Under the pieces are notes generated by a model, which made no database searches, had not been told where the DNA came from, and saw only the letters and a list, made by a program, of their open reading frames with translations. Source: an uncultured Eubacteriales bacterium (GTDB lineage: Bacteria; Acidobacteriota; Aminicenantia; Aminicenantales; Aminicenantaceae). From it: 64,000 nt of DNA. The position numbers were made by a program, and so were the translations under genes. Shown here in pieces: positions 44,329-53,912 of the stretch; positions within the stretch are counted from its first letter, which is position 1, and each line of letters opens with the position of its first letter. Location of the stretch: positions 850 to 64,849 of the forward strand of contig CAYWDH010000010.1 of assembly GCA_964456985.1 (NCBI GenBank), in the 5' to 3' direction.

Positions 44329-44592
44329 TTATAAGGATTTGATGTGCTTTTTGGCTTCCTCAGAAGTCTTGTAGGCTTTCCCTTTTTCTGCCACCAGCTT
44401 TTCGATTTTCTTCCATTCTTCTTTGGAATATATGGACTTTTCTGTGATCTCACAAGGGGAGAGAAGGACGCCTTTTTGAGTGACTTTGAACATTACTGTG
44501 GATCCTGATTCCAATTTAAGGATATCTCTTATAGTTGAAGGAATGGTTACCTGGCCTTTGGATGTCACTTTTGCGGTCTCTGTATAATTCAT
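44329..44592 (-). CDS. AbrB/MazE/SpoVT-family antitoxin-like DNA-binding protein
   Basis: It carries the VTSKGQVTIPSTIRDILKLESGSTVMF swapped-hairpin motif. Confidence 0.8.
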   Translation of the reverse strand: MNYTETAKVTSKGQVTIPSTIRDILKLESGSTVMFKVTQKGVLLSPCEITEKSIYSKEEWKKIEKLVAEKGKAYKTSEEAKKHIKSL

Positions 44593-44813
44593 GTAATATC
44601 TCCTTAATGTATTATATCCTTACATTCTTACTATACAACTATATATATAATTGGAGGTCTAGTCAAGAAATTTAGTTTTTGCTGGGGTCAGAGTAAAGTT
44701 CCTCTGTGATATAAATATCCACAGCGAGTGAATAGCTATGATTTATAGCATAATCAATGATCTTGATGAAATCGTCAATGAGGAGTGTATAAAAGTCGTG
44801 ATTATAAAGATGC

Positions 44814-45476
44814 CTATGACTTTTTCACAACAGCGAACCGGGACCTTTCTTTAAGATGAGCTGATAGGTCGACTCCGATCTTTAAGATTATAAGCAGGGT
44901 TAATCCGGCCTCAGGTCTCTTGAATAGGATGACAAGAAAAGCTCCGAAGATCAATGTCAAATGAAGTATGAAAATTCTGGAATACGGTGTTGTCATCAAT
45001 TTTTTGATAGTAGCTCTTTTGCGTTCTCCCTTTAGAATATAATTATAAATAAAGGAAAAGCCGTGGCTTAAAAAAAGAGCTATCACAGCATATACGGCTT
45101 TCTCATCTATGAATAGATCATGAATAAAGTTATGGAAGTTACTGATATCCGCGTTTGCCCATTTGCCGAAAACAGCTATGACAAAAATACCATGGCCCGC
45201 GCAAAATCCGCCGTAATGGATCATGAAAAAGGGCACGGTAAATGCTTTGGAGGCTATCTTTTTCCCTTCGCCCTGAGCAAGAATGAGTTTAAAGATATTA
45301 AAGAATCCGATGATGAGATTTTCCGACCAGAACAGAAATATGATTAAAAAAACCGACCAATCCAGCAGAAGACACCCGATCAGAGGGAGAAGGTTAGCCG
45401 CGATCAATGAAAGAGCGGAAAAGGAGAAGAGCCTTTTCCATTTTTCTATCCTGATTGAAGCTTTTTCAATATCCAT
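44814..45476 (-). CDS. Multi-pass membrane protein, hypothetical
   Basis: It has about six hydrophobic segments. The family is not confidently recognised. Confidence 0.6.
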   Translation of the reverse strand: MDIEKASIRIEKWKRLFSFSALSLIAANLLPLIGCLLLDWSVFLIIFLFWSENLIIGFFNIFKLILAQGEGKKIASKAFTVPFFMIHYGGFCAGHGIFVIAVFGKWANADISNFHNFIHDLFIDEKAVYAVIALFLSHGFSFIYNYILKGERKRATIKKLMTTPYSRIFILHLTLIFGAFLVILFKRPEAGLTLLIILKIGVDLSAHLKERSRFAVVKKS

Positions 45477-45528
45477 CTGACTTCATATTATCTCCATATT
45501 TGCTTTTTTCTCAATCAATATTTTAATA

Positions 45529-45631
45529 GGGGGACGGGCCCGGGCATCTGCAATCATATCAACAACATAACCCTACTTTTCCACAACCCTCTACCCTGAA
45601 GAGCCCCCATTTTTGGGGGCCAAATCAGCAG
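45529..45631 (+). repeat. ~100-nt repeat family, copy F
   Basis: It lies in the divergent intergenic region and contains the hairpin GCCCCC-ATTTTT-GGGGGC. Confidence 0.9.
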
Positions 45632-45783
45632 TTTATAGATCTTCAGTTTCTTCCAGAGATTTGACCGGCGAATAAAATCCTCTTTCTATCATTTTCGTCT
45701 GACTTGACAGGAAATACTTGTTTTTTTATATTGTTGGTATCAAAAATAAAGGGGATATAAATAAAGCAAAAAGGATAAAAACT

Positions 45784-47022
45784 ATGAGATATAAAAGATG
45801 CAAACCTTTTTTGGGATTAATTCTCATTCTTTTATTTCCTATTCTCGGAAATGCCGAAGAACCGAAGGTGATCAGCCCCCTAAGCGGTGTTACCTGGGTG
45901 ATGGGAGAAACCTACACCATTGAATGGAGTGGATTTTCAGGCAGTACCGTTGATGTTCTCTTATATCGGGGTGAAGCCATACAGCTGGAGTTGAATGATG
46001 TCTCTAATAAAGGCTCCCTGTCATTCGAGGTTCCGATTTACAGCGATGGGACAGATTATCAGATCATTATTTGGTCCAAGGACCGCAAACAACATGCAAG
46101 CTCCGGAGATTTTACCATTACCAAACCCGTTGAAGAAGGCAGTCAGATAGTCTTAACGCCCGAAGAGAATGAGCAGTGGATCATACATAAGGAGTACAAG
46201 GTCACATGGAGCGGATTTTCAGGCTCGGCTGTAGATATTATTCTCTATAAAGGCTCTTTGCAGCAGCTGACAAGAAAAGATGTGCCGAATACCGGAAGCT
46301 ACTGGTTCACTGTTCCCAGCTTGATGGATGGAAGCGATTACCGGTTTATAATTATAGCAGGGGATCAACATGCTGGCTCCAAATACTTCAGTATTGTTCG
46401 CCGGCCTGTTGTGGCTCAGCCCCACAAAGATGATGTGCTGAGTACAGGTAGTCTTTGCATGATCGTCTGGGATGGATTTTCGACAGGATCTAATGTGGAG
46501 GGCATGAGTGTGGAGTTATTCCAGAATCAAAAAAAGATCATGACCATTGCCAGTACGACAGACACTGTGGGGCACCATAATTGGCGGGTGCCCTCTGATT
46601 TATCCGGACCCGGCTATCAAATCAGGGTCAGTTCCAACTTCAATGATGAGGAAGCTGTCTCAGATGAATTCGAGATTCGAGTCAAGCTTACTGTCACACC
46701 TGCTGTCCCCGTCATAGAACAACACAAACCGACCCTAAGAGTGCTGCCAACAATCACCAGCCCAAAAGCAAATGCAAAGTGGAAAGCAGGAAATAAGTAT
46801 GAGATCAAATGGGTCGGGATTAAGGGGGAGAGGGTGAGGATTGAACTTTTTCAGGGACCTGTTAGAAGATTGGTTATAGCTAAATCTGCAGTCAATAAGG
46901 GGTTCCATAAATGGAACATTCCTGTCAGCTTCAAAGGACCGAATTACCGTATTGTCATAAGCCCAGCAGTCTACACTAAAACACCAGCCCAGATAAATTC
47001 CCCAACCTTTTCCATATACTAG
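45784..47022 (+). CDS. Secreted protein built of four ~90-aa tandem domains (Kre9/KNH-like, GPI-anchored Ser/Thr-rich family pattern)
   Basis: It has a signal peptide after the MRYKRCKPF start. Four repeats each carry W.G..G..V.I.L..G and a G..Y.I.I motif. Confidence 0.7.
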   Translation: MRYKRCKPFLGLILILLFPILGNAEEPKVISPLSGVTWVMGETYTIEWSGFSGSTVDVLLYRGEAIQLELNDVSNKGSLSFEVPIYSDGTDYQIIIWSKDRKQHASSGDFTITKPVEEGSQIVLTPEENEQWIIHKEYKVTWSGFSGSAVDIILYKGSLQQLTRKDVPNTGSYWFTVPSLMDGSDYRFIIIAGDQHAGSKYFSIVRRPVVAQPHKDDVLSTGSLCMIVWDGFSTGSNVEGMSVELFQNQKKIMTIASTTDTVGHHNWRVPSDLSGPGYQIRVSSNFNDEEAVSDEFEIRVKLTVTPAVPVIEQHKPTLRVLPTITSPKANAKWKAGNKYEIKWVGIKGERVRIELFQGPVRRLVIAKSAVNKGFHKWNIPVSFKGPNYRIVISPAVYTKTPAQINSPTFSIY

Positions 47023-47123
47023 GGGGACGGGCCCGGCTATCTTCAATCATATCAATAACATAACCCTACTTTTCCACAACCCTCCACCCTGAAGGGCCGT
47101 CGTTTTTGGGCCCAAAAATCACA
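47022..47123 (+). repeat. ~100-nt repeat family, copy G
   Basis: It starts immediately after the TAG stop of 45784-47022. Confidence 0.9.
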
Positions 47124-47210
47124 AATTCAACAACCACAATCAAATCAGCACCAGTGCCTTTAAGACTTTCACCTTGTTATATGGAAAAAAAGTGATAGAA
47201 TGTTCTGTAT

Positions 47211-48473
47211 ATGAAAAAACTGTTTTTTTCGCAAGCCCTCATTCTTTTTACTCTTGCCCTAACCGCTTCTCCCCAGACTTCTCCCCAAACTTCTCCCCAA
47301 GCAAATGAGTCTTTCACACTCCAGGAGTTGATCGATATCGGTCTGAAGCAAAATCCTAAGATCACAGAAACCCGCTTCAAGGTCGAATCGCTTCATGAAG
47401 CCTATCTTGCCTCCAAGCGGCTTTCCAATCCGGAGTTTGAATACACTACCGGAGATGCTGAATCCTACGAGGGAGACATTCAAAGGACCACTCGGAACAT
47501 TTCGATCCATCAGCCCATAGAAAACCCTATCAAACGGCATTACCGCCTCCAGATGAATAAAAAATCATGGGAAGCCGCAGAACTCGATTATAAGTATTCG
47601 AAACTGGAGACCGCCACCACAATCAAAGAGATTTTCTATGAGATCCTTTTCTTGAAGCAAAATGCAGAGTTATCCTATCAAAAAAAAGACTCCATCCAGA
47701 AAATCCATCAACTGGTCCAAAAAAGAGCAGATCTCGGAGAGGTCAAAGAACTGGAAGCCCTCAAGCTTTCCGTAGAGATGCTCAGAGCCCAGAATGAATG
47801 GAATGAGATCAAAACAGAATTAGATCTGGCCAAGGACAGGCTCAATAAATTCCTCGGGGATTCTCTTCCCCAGGATTTCGAAGTCCAGGGAGAGCTCGGA
47901 TATTTTCCTTTGAATGCGACTGAAAATGAAGAATATTTTATAAATAAAAGCCTCAACAGCCATCCCCTGATCAAACAGAAGAAGATACTGGTAGAGGAAG
48001 CTCAGGACAATATCAGCTATGTGAAGTGGCAGCGGATCCCGGATTTCAACCTCGCCGCATTCAGCCAAAAAATGCTTCACGGCACAAACCAGGGGATCGG
48101 GATCTCTTTTGACATCCCTTTATGGGACTTCAAATCCAGAGAGATATTCGAGGCAGAGAACAAAGCGCTGAGCCGGAGCCAGGAATTAAGGGGGCTGGAA
48201 ATAGAACTTGCCAACCAAATCAGGTCAAAAATAAATCGTTTAAAGCTTTCCGGAGAGACCATAAAGCTTTTTGAAGACGCCCTTTTAAAACAGGCCCATG
48301 AAAGCCTGCGTATTTCCAGGTTGAGCTACAGTCACGGAGAGATATCATTGATCGAATTTCTGGATACCCAGAGGACCTACTACAGCATTCTCAGTGACTA
48401 TCAGGAATCTTTGTTAAAGTGGAATCTGGATAAAGTCTCTCTGGAAAGAGCGTTGGGAGAAGAGTTGAAATGA
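47211..48473 (+). CDS. czcC: TolC-family outer-membrane efflux protein (CzcC-like)
   Basis: It has a signal peptide and two OEP-type helical repeats. It is the first gene of an OMP-MFP-RND operon. Confidence 0.8.
   Translation: MKKLFFSQALILFTLALTASPQTSPQTSPQANESFTLQELIDIGLKQNPKITETRFKVESLHEAYLASKRLSNPEFEYTTGDAESYEGDIQRTTRNISIHQPIENPIKRHYRLQMNKKSWEAAELDYKYSKLETATTIKEIFYEILFLKQNAELSYQKKDSIQKIHQLVQKRADLGEVKELEALKLSVEMLRAQNEWNEIKTELDLAKDRLNKFLGDSLPQDFEVQGELGYFPLNATENEEYFINKSLNSHPLIKQKKILVEEAQDNISYVKWQRIPDFNLAAFSQKMLHGTNQGIGISFDIPLWDFKSREIFEAENKALSRSQELRGLEIELANQIRSKINRLKLSGETIKLFEDALLKQAHESLRISRLSYSHGEISLIEFLDTQRTYYSILSDYQESLLKWNLDKVSLERALGEELK
47265..47300 (+). repeat. Three tandem copies of a 12-nt unit (RCTTCTCCCCAR) encoding (S/T)SPQ x3
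   Basis: It was read directly as GCTTCTCCCCAG ACTTCTCCCCAA ACTTCTCCCCAA, just after the signal peptide of the TolC-like protein. Confidence 0.8.
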
Positions 48474-49711
48474 AAAAATATATTCAGTTTTTGATCCTTT
48501 TTGTATTTGCATTAATGTTCGCTCTTTCGTGCTCCAGTAAAAATCCTTCCCAAACCTCATCTGATAATAATGAACCGCTCACCAATGAACAGTCTGCTGA
48601 AGAACATGAGCATCATACCTTGAAAATATCCGAGGAGCAGCAAAAAGAATGGGGGATAGCAGTCGGCTCTCCAAGAAGACAAACAGCTGCCTTTCAAATC
48701 GAAGTTCCCGGAACACTTGAGCTCAATCAGAACAGAACAGCTCATATCTCAAGTTTTGTCAATGGGAAGATATCCGATCTTTCGGCAGACCTTGGGGACA
48801 AGGTCAAAAAGGGACAAACCCTGCTGGTCATCAATTCCCCGGATTATGCAAAAGCCCAGGCCGATTTTCTTATAACGAGAGCGGAAATGAATTTCAGCAG
48901 CGAGGAATATGAAAGGGCTGAGATGCTGCTTAAAGAAAAGGCCATAGAGGAAAAAGAGTTTCTCAAACGGAAGGCAGAATATGAAAGACTCGCTACAGAA
49001 AATGGAGCCCTCGGGTCTCAACTCCACTCATACGGAATCACTCACGATCAGATCGACGTCCTTATCGAAAAATGCAAACACCTGAGAGAAAAGGAATACA
49101 AATGCGATATCGCAGAACCTTTTCTTCCGGTCCTGGCTCCCTTATCAGGAACCGTGATATTCAGAGATGCGGTCAGAGGAGATCACGTTGAGCCTGGAAA
49201 AGTGCTTTTCACTACTTCTGACCTGACCACTCTATGGGCTGAATTGGATGCATATGAAAAGGATATTCCTCATATTAAAAAAGACAGCACAATCCTGATT
49301 CAGTCTTCTTTGTACCCTCAGAGAACTTTTCCGGCTGCCATCACCTATATCAGCGATGTGATCGATCCTGAACTCAGGACCATAAAGATAAGAGCAGAGG
49401 TCAAAAACACGGAAAATTTGCTCAAGCCCCACATGTACATCACAGGTTTGATTGAAAGCCAGAACACCCAAGAGCAGATCCTCACGGTTCCGGAGGGAGC
49501 AGTTCAAAGCCTGGAGGGAGAAAAAATTGTCTTTGTCCTGAACCCGGATCAGGAATTCGAGGCAAGACATGTCAAGCTGGGAGATAAAATAGGAGACCAA
49601 ATGATCATAAAAGAGGGGCTTACTGAAAACGATCGGGTTGTCCTGGATGGAGCCTTCACATTAAAAAGCGAACTCAATAAAGCCGAATTTGGCCATCACC
49701 ATGCGCATTAG
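48470..49711 (+). CDS. czcB: RND efflux periplasmic adaptor (CzcB/HlyD-type), His-rich termini
   Basis: It has the lipoprotein-type signal LSCS, a biotinyl-lipoyl-like/barrel pattern, EEHEHH near the N-terminus and GHHHAH at the C-terminus. Its start overlaps the upstream stop (ATGA). Confidence 0.85.
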   Translation: MKKYIQFLILFVFALMFALSCSSKNPSQTSSDNNEPLTNEQSAEEHEHHTLKISEEQQKEWGIAVGSPRRQTAAFQIEVPGTLELNQNRTAHISSFVNGKISDLSADLGDKVKKGQTLLVINSPDYAKAQADFLITRAEMNFSSEEYERAEMLLKEKAIEEKEFLKRKAEYERLATENGALGSQLHSYGITHDQIDVLIEKCKHLREKEYKCDIAEPFLPVLAPLSGTVIFRDAVRGDHVEPGKVLFTTSDLTTLWAELDAYEKDIPHIKKDSTILIQSSLYPQRTFPAAITYISDVIDPELRTIKIRAEVKNTENLLKPHMYITGLIESQNTQEQILTVPEGAVQSLEGEKIVFVLNPDQEFEARHVKLGDKIGDQMIIKEGLTENDRVVLDGAFTLKSELNKAEFGHHHAH

Positions 49712-49789
49712 AGCTTGGGCTTCAGGGCTCAAAAGGCCAAATACGAAATACGGTATAAATAAAAATGGAAGAAGAAAGATCTTCGTCAA

Positions 49790-52700
49790 ATGATTTCCAA
49801 AACGATTGAATTCTCTCTCAGGCACCGCTTGTTCGTGGTCCTGGCCACTGTGGCGTTGGCTCTTTTGGGATATTTCGCCTTTCAAAGGCTTCCTATAGAC
49901 GTGTTTCCTGATCCTTCTCCCCCATTGGTTCAAATATATACGGAAGCCCCGGGAATGGCCCCAGAGGAAGTGGAAAGGCTGATATCCTACCCTGTGGAAT
50001 CCTCAATGTTCGGGCTTCCTAAAATAGATAAGATACGGTCGACCTCCTCCTTTGCACTTTCCATTGTCAATGTCTATTTTGCAGAGAAAACAGATATATA
50101 CTGGGCCCGCCAGCTGGTATCCCAGCGCCTGAACGAGATCCGGGATATCATCCCGGAACAGGCCCATAATCCGGTTTTAGGACCCATATCAACGGGGCTG
50201 GGGCTGGTCTATCTTTATTATTTAGAGAGTGAAAATCACTCCACTATGGAGCTCCGCACTATACAGGACTGGCTTATCAAATATGAGCTAAAATCTGTGC
50301 CGGAAGTTTCTCAGGTCCTGAGTATCGGAGGGGATGTCAAGGAGTTTAAAATTTTGATCAATCCCCAGTCACTTCTGAAATACAATCTCACGATTTCCGA
50401 TATCATCGCTAAGGTCAAACAGAACAACCAGAATATCGGAGCCGGCTTTATCACGAGGGGAAAAGAAGAATATATCGTAAGGAGTGTCGGGCTTGCCAGG
50501 ACCATTGAGGACCTGGAAAATATCGTTGTTGCAAACTACGAGGGCATTCCGGTCTTTCTCCGGGATATGGCCCAGGTCAAAGTTCTCCCGGCTGTTAAAA
50601 GGGGAGCCGCTCTTGCCAACGGAGAGGGCGAGAAAGTTGTGGGAATGGTGCTCAAATTGTTTGGCTCAAACACAGCCAGGGTCATCCAGAACTTAGAGGA
50701 GAGAATTTCAGAAATAAACAAGGTGCTGCCTGAGGGAGTGAAGATCGTCCCGTTCTACAACCAGGCATCCCTTGTAAAAAAATGCTTTTCCACTGTTTCG
50801 CTGAATCTTGTGGTCGGAATTGTTCTTGTGATCATTGTTCTTTTCCTTTTTATGGGAGATTTCCCGTCCGCGCTCATAGCTGTTTTTTCCCTTCCTTTTT
50901 CTATTCTTCTTTCATTCATCTTGATGAACCGGATCGGTCTTTCTGCAGACTTGATGTCCTTTGGGGGACTGGCCATTGCCATTGGTCTTATTGCGGATGC
51001 GGCCATAATCATGGTGGAGAACATCCACCGGCATGTGCAGTTTGGGGATCAAGATAAGTTCACCGCTGTTGTATCTGCAGGAGAGGAAGTGGGCCGGCCG
51101 CTCTTTTTTGCCATTGCCATTATCATCCTCGTCTTTCTTCCTATATTCACCTTAACCGGGGTCGAGGGGATCATGTTCCGTCCAATGGGATACACCATTT
51201 CCTTTGCCATAGCCGGTTCGCTGCTTTTTGCTGTGATTTCTGTCCCTGCTCTCTCCTTTTATCTGCTGAGGAAGAGAAAAAGATCCGTAGAACACTCCTT
51301 TTTGATGAAGCACATTAAAAGAGCCTATTCTCCCTTCTTCTCTTATTGCCAGCGACATAAGAAAACGGTTTTTATCAGCACGGCCTTTGTTTTTTTGATA
51401 GGGATGGTCATAGTCCCTTTTTTAGGGAGGGAATATATGCCGCGCCTTGAAGAAGGGACGCTTCACCTCCGTGCTTCCTTTGACCCGAATATAAGTTTGA
51501 ATGAGACCATTTCCATCACCTCAGGGATTGAAAAAACAATCAAGCAGCTGCCTGAAGTGACGGGGGTTTTAAGCCGGATAGGAAGAGGGGAGGTAGGAAG
51601 CCATGCTCATTTTGTGAACAATGCTGAGATCCTGATCAAGCTCAAACCCATACAAAAGTGGACCCATTTCAGAGATAAGGACGAACTCATTGATGAGCTG
51701 GAGCACAGCCTGGAAAAATTCCCGGGAATGAACCTTAATATCACGCAGCCCATTGCTCATAATCTGGATGAGCTGATAACCGGGGTTAAGGCACAGCTGG
51801 CTGTCAAACTCTACGGGGAGGATTTCGATGTGCTTAGAGAAAAATCCTCTGAGATCAAAGAAGCCCTTGGCTCGGTGAGAGGCGCGGCTGACCTCCAGAT
51901 CGAACAGTTCGTCGGACAGAATTATATCCAGATACAGCTCCATAGGGAAAAAATAGCCCGGTATGGTTTGAACATCCGGGAAATCCAGCAGACCATTGAG
52001 GCTGCGGTGGGGGGGATAACCTTGGGGCAGGTGTACGATCAGCAAAGGAGGTTTAATATCTTCCTCCGCTTTGCTCCTGAATTCAGGGCCAACATGGAGC
52101 ATATCCAGAATTTGCTCATCCGGCTTCCTGAAAAAGGATACATCCCCCTTGCTCAAATAGCATCTATTGAAGAAACAGAAGGCCCCCGTTTGGTCAACAG
52201 GGAAGGAAACAGGAGATACATCACCATACAGTGCAATGTGAGGGGAAGAGATATGGGAAGCTTTGTGGATGAAGCGCAAAAGACCATTCAGGAGGAAGTG
52301 AATCTCCCGGCGGGATATATGGTGAAATGGGGCGGCCAGTTTCAGCTCCAGCAGGAAGCTAATAAAAGATTTTTGGTGATCATTCCGATCACGCTGGCTG
52401 TGGTGGCTCTTCTTCTGTTTTCTATATTCTATTCGTTTAAGGAAGTGCTTATCATACTCATCAATATTCCTCTGGCTCTTACAGGAGGGATCATTGCTTT
52501 GAAGATTTCAGGGCTATATTTGAGCGTGCCGGCCTTCATAGGGTTCATTGCCATTTTCGGGATCGCTCTGGAGGACGGTCTTGTTCTTATGTCCTCTTTC
52601 CATAAACATCTGAAGCAGGGCTTGGATTTGGAGCGTGCGGTTTTAGAGGGGGTCCATATCAAACTGAGGCCTGTTCTCATGACTTCCTTTACCACAATAT

Positions 52701-52876
52701 TTGGAGTGATGCCGTTGCTTTTATCCAGAGGGCCCGGAGCTGAGATCCAGAGGCCTCTGGCCGCAGTGGTGGTGGGAGGCCTCATCACATCAACGCTTGT
52801 CACCTTGGTCGTCCTCCCCCTCATCTTCCAAAAATTAAGGGGGGACGGGCCCGGGCATCTCCAATCATATCAATAA
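49790..52876 (+). CDS. czcA: Heavy-metal-efflux (HME) RND pump, CzcA/CusA family
   Basis: It is 1028 aa with 12-TM RND topology and family blocks (FPDPSPPLVQIYTEAPG, DAAIIMVENI). The last ~12 codons come from repeat copy H. Confidence 0.93.
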   Translation: MISKTIEFSLRHRLFVVLATVALALLGYFAFQRLPIDVFPDPSPPLVQIYTEAPGMAPEEVERLISYPVESSMFGLPKIDKIRSTSSFALSIVNVYFAEKTDIYWARQLVSQRLNEIRDIIPEQAHNPVLGPISTGLGLVYLYYLESENHSTMELRTIQDWLIKYELKSVPEVSQVLSIGGDVKEFKILINPQSLLKYNLTISDIIAKVKQNNQNIGAGFITRGKEEYIVRSVGLARTIEDLENIVVANYEGIPVFLRDMAQVKVLPAVKRGAALANGEGEKVVGMVLKLFGSNTARVIQNLEERISEINKVLPEGVKIVPFYNQASLVKKCFSTVSLNLVVGIVLVIIVLFLFMGDFPSALIAVFSLPFSILLSFILMNRIGLSADLMSFGGLAIAIGLIADAAIIMVENIHRHVQFGDQDKFTAVVSAGEEVGRPLFFAIAIIILVFLPIFTLTGVEGIMFRPMGYTISFAIAGSLLFAVISVPALSFYLLRKRKRSVEHSFLMKHIKRAYSPFFSYCQRHKKTVFISTAFVFLIGMVIVPFLGREYMPRLEEGTLHLRASFDPNISLNETISITSGIEKTIKQLPEVTGVLSRIGRGEVGSHAHFVNNAEILIKLKPIQKWTHFRDKDELIDELEHSLEKFPGMNLNITQPIAHNLDELITGVKAQLAVKLYGEDFDVLREKSSEIKEALGSVRGAADLQIEQFVGQNYIQIQLHREKIARYGLNIREIQQTIEAAVGGITLGQVYDQQRRFNIFLRFAPEFRANMEHIQNLLIRLPEKGYIPLAQIASIEETEGPRLVNREGNRRYITIQCNVRGRDMGSFVDEAQKTIQEEVNLPAGYMVKWGGQFQLQQEANKRFLVIIPITLAVVALLLFSIFYSFKEVLIILINIPLALTGGIIALKISGLYLSVPAFIGFIAIFGIALEDGLVLMSSFHKHLKQGLDLERAVLEGVHIKLRPVLMTSFTTIFGVMPLLLSRGPGAEIQRPLAAVVVGGLITSTLVTLVVLPLIFQKLRGDGPGHLQSYQ

Positions 52877-52937
52877 CTTACATTACTTTTCCACAATCGC
52901 CTACCCTGGAAGGATGTCATTTTTGGGGGCAAAAAAG
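52839..52937 (+). repeat. ~100-nt repeat family, copy H
   Basis: It overlaps the 3' end of the RND pump ORF and provides the GDGPGHLQSYQ tail and the stop. Confidence 0.9.
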
Positions 52938-53139
52938 AGCATATGGAACCCAATCAAATTTTATTAAGAGATGTAGCCGAAGATTAAAATCATGTCATCC
53001 TTGGCGCATTTTCCTTTATATAGGCGTATCCTGTTCTTTAGTTCTATGGAATTTTCAATGGAAAACAAAGAGAGCAACGATTCCTCCTTCCTGAAGGTTT
53101 AATTTAAAAAGAGTGAATATTAGTAAGGGAGGAAAACAA

Positions 53140-53673
53140 ATGAGAAAATCAATTCGTTTCATTGTTTTCATTGTCATTGCTACAGGGTGTGTTTCTCTGG
53201 GGCTGGCCCAGGAGATATTTGATGTCGGAGTCATTGACTCGTCCAAAGTGATACAGACTTCTGCAGAAGGGAAAAAAGCGATTTTTACGCTCAAACAAAA
53301 AGAGCAGCAAATTATTGATGGACTGGCAAAAATAGACAAGCAGGTCAAAGAATTACAGTCTAAACTGGACACTCAAAAATTACTGCTTACGCCCGAATCC
53401 CAGCAGCAGATAGCCTTTGATATGGAACAACTGCAGACTAAAAGGAAAAGAGCTGAGGAGGATTATGCCAAAGAATACAAGCAGTTAGAGTTCAGCCTTG
53501 TTTCCAAAATCAGGAATGAAGTTTTTCCAATCATTGAAACTGTGGCCAAAGAGAAGAATTTCCGTCTGGTACTCGATCTGTCTGTAACGGGAGCTGCCTA
53601 TGTTGACCCTGTGATCGACATCACAGAGGAGGTAATCCAGAGATATGATGAGGCCATGTCTTCGTCTGAATAG
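53140..53673 (+). CDS. OmpH/Skp-family periplasmic chaperone
   Basis: It has the signal MRKSIRFIVFIVIATGC, a long coiled region and the EKNFRLVLD motif. An AAGGGAGG RBS precedes the 53140 ATG. Confidence 0.8.
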   Translation: MRKSIRFIVFIVIATGCVSLGLAQEIFDVGVIDSSKVIQTSAEGKKAIFTLKQKEQQIIDGLAKIDKQVKELQSKLDTQKLLLTPESQQQIAFDMEQLQTKRKRAEEDYAKEYKQLEFSLVSKIRNEVFPIIETVAKEKNFRLVLDLSVTGAAYVDPVIDITEEVIQRYDEAMSSSE

Positions 53674-53753
53674 ACGTAGAGACATATTATCTGGGATTAG
53701 GTTCTAGATAGCCGGGCTTCTATATGTCCGGTTGGGATAAAATGCAAAGTAGT

Positions 53754-53850
53754 GATTTTTACCCCCAAAAAACAGAGCTTCTCTGGGTAAGGGAATGTGG
53801 AAAAGTAAAGTAAGTTATTGATATAAAAGAATATCCCCGGGCCCGTCCCC
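53754..53850 (-). repeat. ~100-nt repeat family, copy I (the only inverted copy)
   Basis: Its reverse complement reads GGGGACGGGCCCGGGGATATTC...CTTTTCCACATTC...TTTTTTGGGGGTAAAAATC. Confidence 0.85.
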
Positions 53851-53912
53851 ATAATTATTTGACAATTCCCGTATAATTCAAGTAAAACCTTTATAAGAAT
53901 AAGGCTCTGAGC

